This document shows positions 58,189 through 64,000 of a stretch of 64,000 nucleotides of DNA, one piece after another. Numbering within the stretch: the first letter of the stretch is position 1; each line of letters starts with the position of its first letter. Source of the stretch: a virus. The stretch spans positions 1-64,000 of the IMG/VR virus record IMGVR_UViG_3300032224_000970, one strand, 5' to 3'. Below the pieces are notes generated by a model. That model was given only the letters and a program-made list of their open reading frames with translations, made no database searches and had not been told where the DNA came from. The translations under genes and the position numbers were made by a program.

Positions 58189-59768
58189 TGGCACAAATTT
58201 ATAATGCTAATGTGAATTTGAAAGCAGCTGGGGTAAAGGTTCAATTTACTCCAGAACAAATTCAAGAGTACCTAAAGTGTAAAGCAGATCCTGTTTACTT
58301 TATTGAGAACTATTGTAAGATTGTTTCTCTTGACCATGGTTTGATTCCCTTCAAACTTTATCCATGTCAGGTCAATAAAGTAAATATGATTCACAACAAC
58401 CGTAAGGTTATCCTTATGGAAGGTCGTCAGCAGGGTAAGACGACTACGTCCGCAGCCTATATTCTTTGGTATACAATTTTCCAAGATGAGAAGACTGTAG
58501 CGATCCTTGCAAATAAAGCAACTGCTGCACGTGAGGTTCTTCATCGTTATCAGTTGATGTATGAAAATCTACCCAAGTGGATGCAACAGGGTGTTATTAC
58601 TTGGAACAAAGGTGACATTGAGTTGGAGAATAAGTCGCTAGTGTTTACTGCAGCTACAACTACTTCTGGTATTCGTGGTAAATCTGTTAACTTACTTTAC
58701 GTTGACGAAACTGCAATTATTCCAAACACAGTTGCCGAAGAATTCTTTACTTCAGTTTATCCAACTATTTCTGCTGGTGAAACTACAAAGATTCTATTGT
58801 CTTCAACTCCATTGGGTTACAACCACTTTTGGAAATTCTGGAATGATGCTGAGAACAAGAGAAATGACTTTGTCCCACTTTACATTCCTTACTGGGAAAT
58901 TCCTGGACGTGATGAGAAATGGGCAGAAGCGCAACGTCGTCAGTTGGGTGATCTGAAATATAATCAAGAGGTACTCTGTAAGTTCCTTGGTTCTTCATTG
59001 ACTTTGTTCAATGCAGATGTTATCGCAAGAATGAGTTTGGCTCAGACTGTCTACTCAAAAGATGGTTTAGATATATACGAGAAGCCACAAAGAGCGCATA
59101 CATATGTGATTGTTGCAGATACTGCAAAGGGTGTTGGTGGTGACTACTCTGCCTTTACCATTGTAGATATCACTGAAGTTCCATATAAAATGATTGGTAA
59201 GTACCGCAACAATAATATCAGCCCACTTCTATATCCAAATGTAGTCTATGAGGTGGGTAAGCAATATAATAATGCATATATTTTGGTAGAAATAAATTCT
59301 AGTGAACAGGTTCCGCATATTCTATACCAAGAGTTGGAATATGAGAATATTCTTTTTGTGAATAGAACAACTGGATCTCAGGTAGTTTCTGGTGGATTCG
59401 GTGGAGGTAAAACCCAGTTGGGTGTAAATACGGACAAGAAGGTCAAAAGGATCGGGTGTCATAACTTCAAGTCCCTAGTAGAAGAAAACAAATTATTAAT
59501 AGAGGATGCCGATACTATTTCAGAGATCTCGACTTTCATTGAGAAGAAAGGATCTTATGAGGCAGATGATGGCTACCATGATGACTTAGTTATGAGTTTG
59601 GTTCTGTTTAGTTGGCTTACAACTAACCCTTATTTCAAAGACCTAAATAATATTAATCTGAGAGAAATAATGTATAAGAAACAGATGCAAGCGATCGAGG
59701 ATGAGTTGACACCATTCGGAGTTTATGACGATGGACACATTGAAGAACCAGCCCCTCTAAATTTTTAG
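58188..59768 (+). CDS. gp17: terminase large subunit
   Basis: GRQQGKTT Walker A, YVDE Walker B, STPLG, HDDLVM. Confidence 0.97.
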   Translation: MAQIYNANVNLKAAGVKVQFTPEQIQEYLKCKADPVYFIENYCKIVSLDHGLIPFKLYPCQVNKVNMIHNNRKVILMEGRQQGKTTTSAAYILWYTIFQDEKTVAILANKATAAREVLHRYQLMYENLPKWMQQGVITWNKGDIELENKSLVFTAATTTSGIRGKSVNLLYVDETAIIPNTVAEEFFTSVYPTISAGETTKILLSSTPLGYNHFWKFWNDAENKRNDFVPLYIPYWEIPGRDEKWAEAQRRQLGDLKYNQEVLCKFLGSSLTLFNADVIARMSLAQTVYSKDGLDIYEKPQRAHTYVIVADTAKGVGGDYSAFTIVDITEVPYKMIGKYRNNNISPLLYPNVVYEVGKQYNNAYILVEINSSEQVPHILYQELEYENILFVNRTTGSQVVSGGFGGGKTQLGVNTDKKVKRIGCHNFKSLVEENKLLIEDADTISEISTFIEKKGSYEADDGYHDDLVMSLVLFSWLTTNPYFKDLNNINLREIMYKKQMQAIEDELTPFGVYDDGHIEEPAPLNF

Positions 59769-59855
59769 AAATGTGGCTTTTCCTAAATAAATTAGTGATA
59801 TCCATGCTTGTCAGAGCACAATAAATAACATGTTAATGTAATAAGGAGAATTACA

Positions 59856-62054
59856 ATGCCTTTTCAACTAAGTCCTGGCGTTGCAGTCGTAGAGAAAGAT
59901 TTCTCTTCAATCGTTCCAGCAGTAGCTACCTCAACAGGTGCATTTGCAGGTACTTTCCAATGGGGTCCAGTTCTTGATCCCGTAACAGTGAATTCAGAGA
60001 ATGTTCTGGTTCAGCGTTTTGGTAAGCCAAAAGACGAGAATGCAACCTCATTTTTCACTGCTGCAAATTTTTTATCTTATACCAACAATATGTTGGTTGT
60101 TCGTGCAGATACTGTAAACCATAAGAATGCTGTAACTACCCAAACAGGTGGTATTACATCAGTAACTATTGGTGGTACAAACTCTGGTTATTCTTCAACT
60201 TCTGCTGCTCCTACTATTACTGTTGGTGCTCCACAAATTACTGGTGGAACTCAAGCAGTTCTAACTGCAGTTCTTTCTGGTGGTGCGATTACTGCTGTTG
60301 CAGTTTCTAGTGGTGGTACTGGATATAGTGGAACTCCAACTGTTACTATTACTTCTCCATCTGGTGGTTCTGGTGCTACATTTACAGTAACAACTTCTGG
60401 TGGTGTAATTACTGCTGTTACAGTTGTAACTGGTGGATCTGGTTATAAAGGTACTGTTACTGCTTCTTTCTCTGGTGGCGGTGGTTCTGGTGCTTCTGCT
60501 GGCGCAGTTACTGTAGGAACATCATCTATCTCTAGCGTAACTATTACTACTGCTGGTACTGGTTATACTTCTGCTCCAACTGCTACTCTTAGCGGTACTG
60601 CAACTCTTACACCTACAATCACTGTTGGTGGTGTTAAGATTAATAATGCTAATGATTACCAAGCAACTTATGTTAATGGTGCTGGTGTTATGGGTCAGTG
60701 GGCTGCAAAATTCCCAGGAGAATTAGGTAATGGTCTAAAAGTTTCAATGGCTGACTATGAAACTTATACTGATTGGACTTACGAAAATGAATTCGATGGT
60801 AAGCCAGATACTTCTGATTATGCTACTGGCGTAAGCGGAACTAATGACGAACTGCATGTTATCGTTATTGACGAAACAGGTGTATGGACTGGTGTTCCAG
60901 GAACCATCCTTGAAAAATTTGCATACCTATCAAAAGCATCTGATGCTAAAAAAGGCGATGGTACTAATAACTACTATCGTGATGTAATCAACAGTCGTTC
61001 AGCATATATCTGGTGGATGGATCATCCAACTGCATTGGCTTCTACACACCAAGGAACTGCTGGTGGTACTGCATGGGGTACTGCTGCATCTAGCAAGAAC
61101 TTCAAAGATCTTACTGCTGCAATTACTGTTCAATTGTCAGGTGGTGTTGATGATCTAACTGCAACTGATGGTCAGTTAATGACTGCATGGGATATCTTTG
61201 CTGATGATGGTCAGTATGACATTTCTCTATTGCCAGTAGGTAAAGCATCTACTACTGTTGCTAACTACGTTATTAGCAACATTGCAGAAACTCGTCTTGA
61301 CTGCGTAGCATTTGTTTCACCACAAGATACTACTTCTGGTGATGTTATCATCGGTTCTGGTTCTGATGCAACTGATGCAATCAATGAATACCGTGATGCG
61401 CTACCAAGCACTTCATACGCTGTTATGGATTCTGGTTACAAATATCAGTATGATCGTTACAATGATGTATATCGTTGGATTCCATTGAATGGCGATACTG
61501 CTGGTCTATGTGCTCGTACTGACTACACTAATGACCCATGGTTCTCTCCAGGTGGTCTAAATCGTGGTCAAATCAAGAACGTAGTTAAACTATCACACAA
61601 CCCAACTAAAACAGATCGTGATACTCTGTATAAGAATGGTGTTAACCCAGTTGTTACCTTCCCAGGACAAGGTACTGTTCTATTCGGTGATAAGACATTG
61701 CTTGCTAAGCCAAGTGCATTTGATCGCATTAACGTGCGTCGTCTATTCATCGTTCTTGAGAAAGCAATTGCTACTGCTTCTAAATTCCAGTTGTTCGAAT
61801 TTAATGACAGCTTTACTCGTGCTCAATTCAAGAATCTAGTAGAACCATTCCTACGTGATGTTCAGGGTCGTCGTGGTATCACTGAATTCGTTGTTAAGTG
61901 CGATGCAACTAACAACACTGGTGAAGTTATCGACCGTAACGAGTTCGTTGCAGATATCTTCATTAAGCCAAATCGTTCTATCAACTTTATCACTCTCAAT
62001 TTCATCGCTGCTCGTTCTAGCATTGCCTTTAGCGAAATTGGTGGTGGTCAATAA
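59856..62054 (+). CDS. gp18: tail sheath protein with Gly/Ser/Thr-rich insertion
   Basis: SPGV..E.D, FQWGP, PWFSPGG.NRG, FDRINVRRLF, IKPNRSINFI. Confidence 0.97.
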   Translation: MPFQLSPGVAVVEKDFSSIVPAVATSTGAFAGTFQWGPVLDPVTVNSENVLVQRFGKPKDENATSFFTAANFLSYTNNMLVVRADTVNHKNAVTTQTGGITSVTIGGTNSGYSSTSAAPTITVGAPQITGGTQAVLTAVLSGGAITAVAVSSGGTGYSGTPTVTITSPSGGSGATFTVTTSGGVITAVTVVTGGSGYKGTVTASFSGGGGSGASAGAVTVGTSSISSVTITTAGTGYTSAPTATLSGTATLTPTITVGGVKINNANDYQATYVNGAGVMGQWAAKFPGELGNGLKVSMADYETYTDWTYENEFDGKPDTSDYATGVSGTNDELHVIVIDETGVWTGVPGTILEKFAYLSKASDAKKGDGTNNYYRDVINSRSAYIWWMDHPTALASTHQGTAGGTAWGTAASSKNFKDLTAAITVQLSGGVDDLTATDGQLMTAWDIFADDGQYDISLLPVGKASTTVANYVISNIAETRLDCVAFVSPQDTTSGDVIIGSGSDATDAINEYRDALPSTSYAVMDSGYKYQYDRYNDVYRWIPLNGDTAGLCARTDYTNDPWFSPGGLNRGQIKNVVKLSHNPTKTDRDTLYKNGVNPVVTFPGQGTVLFGDKTLLAKPSAFDRINVRRLFIVLEKAIATASKFQLFEFNDSFTRAQFKNLVEPFLRDVQGRRGITEFVVKCDATNNTGEVIDRNEFVADIFIKPNRSINFITLNFIAARSSIAFSEIGGGQ

Positions 62055-62084
62055 TCACGATAAATAGGATAAAGGAGATAACAA

Positions 62085-62684
62085 ATGGCAAATATTGCTG
62101 ACTTTAAAGCCCAGATGATTGGTGGCGGTGCTCGCCCTAATCAATTCCGAGTTGAACTATCATTCCCATCATTTGTTACTGGTGGTATTCTAGCAGGACA
62201 ACAGGCTCAGTTCCTGTGCAAGTCTGCTCAGCTACCAGCTTCCACTTTAGAGAACATCTCTGTTCTTTATCGTGGTCGCCCAGTTAACTTTGCTGGCGAG
62301 CGTACTTTCCAACCATGGACAATTACAATTTACAACGACACTACTTTCTCAATCCGTAATGCGATTGAACAGTGGCAAGCTGGTATTCAGAACTATTCTG
62401 CAACTACTGGTCGTGTAAATCCACGTGATTATCAGGTTGACATGAACGTACACCAACTAGATCGTAATGGTGCATCTGTTAAGATCTACAAATTCGTTGA
62501 TGCTTACCCAACTACTATTGGCGCAATTGCTCTTGACTATGAGCAACAAAACCAAATTGAAACATTTGACGTAGAATTCCAATACAACTTCTTTACTAGC
62601 AATAGCACTGAAGGTAACAGCTTTGGTGTTAACGTCGCTGTTAATACTCCAATCGGTACGTTCCCAATTCCAATTGGTACTTAA
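62085..62684 (+). CDS. gp19: tail tube protein
   Basis: GGARPNQFRV, AGERTFQPWTITIYND, IETFDVEFQY. Confidence 0.95.
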   Translation: MANIADFKAQMIGGGARPNQFRVELSFPSFVTGGILAGQQAQFLCKSAQLPASTLENISVLYRGRPVNFAGERTFQPWTITIYNDTTFSIRNAIEQWQAGIQNYSATTGRVNPRDYQVDMNVHQLDRNGASVKIYKFVDAYPTTIGAIALDYEQQNQIETFDVEFQYNFFTSNSTEGNSFGVNVAVNTPIGTFPIPIGT

Positions 62685-62709
62685 TCGATAAAAAGGGTTT
62701 AATTTAATT

Positions 62710-64000
62710 ATGCAGATTTTTGGATTTGAGTTAAAGAGAAAAAAAGCTGGGTTGGATGTAGGGAGTGTTGTAACTCCCTCATCCGACGATGGCTCTACAG
62801 TTGTAGCCAGTGCTAGTGCTTATTATGGCATGGTTATGGACGTCGAAGGTGTCGTTAAGAATGAGAATGATTTAATTCGCAGATATCGCGAGGCAGCACA
62901 ATATGCTGACTGTGATGCAGCTATTGAAGATATTGTTAACGAAACGATTGTTACTGATGGTAATGATCAACCAGTAAAAATTAATCTTGATAAACTAAAG
63001 GTTGGCGAACCTATCAAGAAAAAGATACGTGAAGAATTTGATAATGTCTTGAGACTTTATAATTTTGATTACAAAGGTCATGACATTTTCCGCTCATGGT
63101 ATATTGACGGACGTCTCTACTACCAAATTTTGATTGATGACAATAACCCAAAAGCAGGTATTGTCGAGATGCGTTACATTGATCCTCGCAAAATTCGTAG
63201 GATTAAAAATGTAACAAAGGAAAGAACTCCATCAGGTGTGGAGGTTATAAAGGCAATAGAAGAGTATTTCCTTTATAACGATAAAGGTATTATGGAGCAA
63301 ACAACGCAGGGTGTGAAACTACCGATTGATTCTGTAGTATTTTGCAACTCTGGTTTAATGGATGCTAATACTGGAATGACACTTTCTGCATTGCATAAAG
63401 CAATCAAACCAGTTAACCAGTTAAAGATGATTGAGGATGCGGTAGTTATCTATCGTATTTCACGTGCTCCAGAACGTAGAGTGTTCTACGTTGACGTAGG
63501 TAACCTTCCAAAGTTGAAGGCTGAGCAATACGTTAATGATATGATGAACAAGTTTAGAAATAAAATTGTTTATGATGCAGTAACTGGTGAAGTACGTGAC
63601 AATAAGAAGCATCTATCAATGATGGAAGACTTCTGGATGCCACGTCGTGAAGGTGGCAAAGGTACTGAGATTACTACACTTCCAGGTGGACAGAATTTAG
63701 GTGATATTCAAGATATCGAATATTTCCAAAGAAAATTATACATGGCATTAAACGTGCCTATCTCGAGAATGATTCCATCGCAAGGTTTTAGCCTTGGACG
63801 TACTCAAGAGATTACTCGAGATGAAATTAAGTTTAACAAGTTTATTGTAAGACAACGTAAAAAGTTTGCAGCACTGTTTTCACATACGTTGCGTGTTCAG
63901 CTGGCATTGAAAGGTATTATTCGTGCAGATGAGTGGGAAGATATGGAACACTACATCGAGTATGATTATAACCAAGACAATCACTTCACTGAATTAAAAG
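62710..64000 (+). CDS. gp20: portal vertex protein, 5' part (runs off window)
   Basis: Hand translation: MQIFGFELK.., WYIDGR, LHKAIKPVNQLKMIEDAVVIYRISRAPERRVFYVDVGNLPK, EDFWMPRREGGKGTEI. Confidence 0.97.
   Translation, partial: MQIFGFELKRKKAGLDVGSVVTPSSDDGSTVVASASAYYGMVMDVEGVVKNENDLIRRYREAAQYADCDAAIEDIVNETIVTDGNDQPVKINLDKLKVGEPIKKKIREEFDNVLRLYNFDYKGHDIFRSWYIDGRLYYQILIDDNNPKAGIVEMRYIDPRKIRRIKNVTKERTPSGVEVIKAIEEYFLYNDKGIMEQTTQGVKLPIDSVVFCNSGLMDANTGMTLSALHKAIKPVNQLKMIEDAVVIYRISRAPERRVFYVDVGNLPKLKAEQYVNDMMNKFRNKIVYDAVTGEVRDNKKHLSMMEDFWMPRREGGKGTEITTLPGGQNLGDIQDIEYFQRKLYMALNVPISRMIPSQGFSLGRTQEITRDEIKFNKFIVRQRKKFAALFSHTLRVQLALKGIIRADEWEDMEHYIEYDYNQDNHFTELK

Noticed and set aside
62760-62780. AGGGAGT..ACTCCCT hairpin early in gp20
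   Set aside because: Within coding sequence, no U-tract; no support for function
1-64000. Stop-codon reassignment (TAG rarely used)
   Set aside because: Core genes are full length in the standard code, and gp17 ends at TAG at the expected length
58188-64000. Introns, inteins or homing endonucleases in gp17, gp18 or gp20
   Set aside because: Frames are continuous with expected sizes; the gp18 insert is Gly/Ser/Thr-rich with no splicing motifs

Overview
A 64 kb AT-rich segment of a large T4-like myovirus genome with cyanophage-type ('exo-T-even') gene organisation. A (beta)proteobacterial host is inferred from the ErpA sequence, the ssrA tag style and the OM-barrel gene. Positions 1-7.7 kb form an accessory/replication block: 3' end of an ErpA/IscA Fe-S carrier, a PD-(D/E)XK exonuclease, a circularly permuted two-piece tmRNA (tag ANDSAYYQDLRLAA), an outer-membrane beta-barrel, small exported Lys-rich proteins, a SleB-type hydrolase, ClpP, gp33, gp59 and gp32. 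Positions 7.7-14 kb form a minus-strand operon: gp4, gp2, gp54, holin-like gene, a relocated gp16, gp26/gp51 and a repeat-rich tape-measure-like gene. Positions 14-64 kb are a plus-strand virion cluster: gp48, 53, 27-like, 5, PAAR, 25, 6, 7, 8, a DUF4815-like protein, many fibre/chaperone genes, gp13, 14, 15, 17, 18, 19 and the 5' part of gp20. Best leads: (1) a candidate programmed -1 frameshift (U UUU UUU plus an internal SD) fusing gp26 to gp51 directly upstream of the tape measure, like lambda G/GT; (2) a permuted tmRNA with dual early/late promoters clustered with ClpP; (3) a recurring pseudoknot-terminator RNA motif; (4) a fibre gene split by an inserted cassette, plus nested domain insertions; (5) gp5 with two peptidoglycan-hydrolase domains. 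All family calls come from motif recognition by eye, not database searches.
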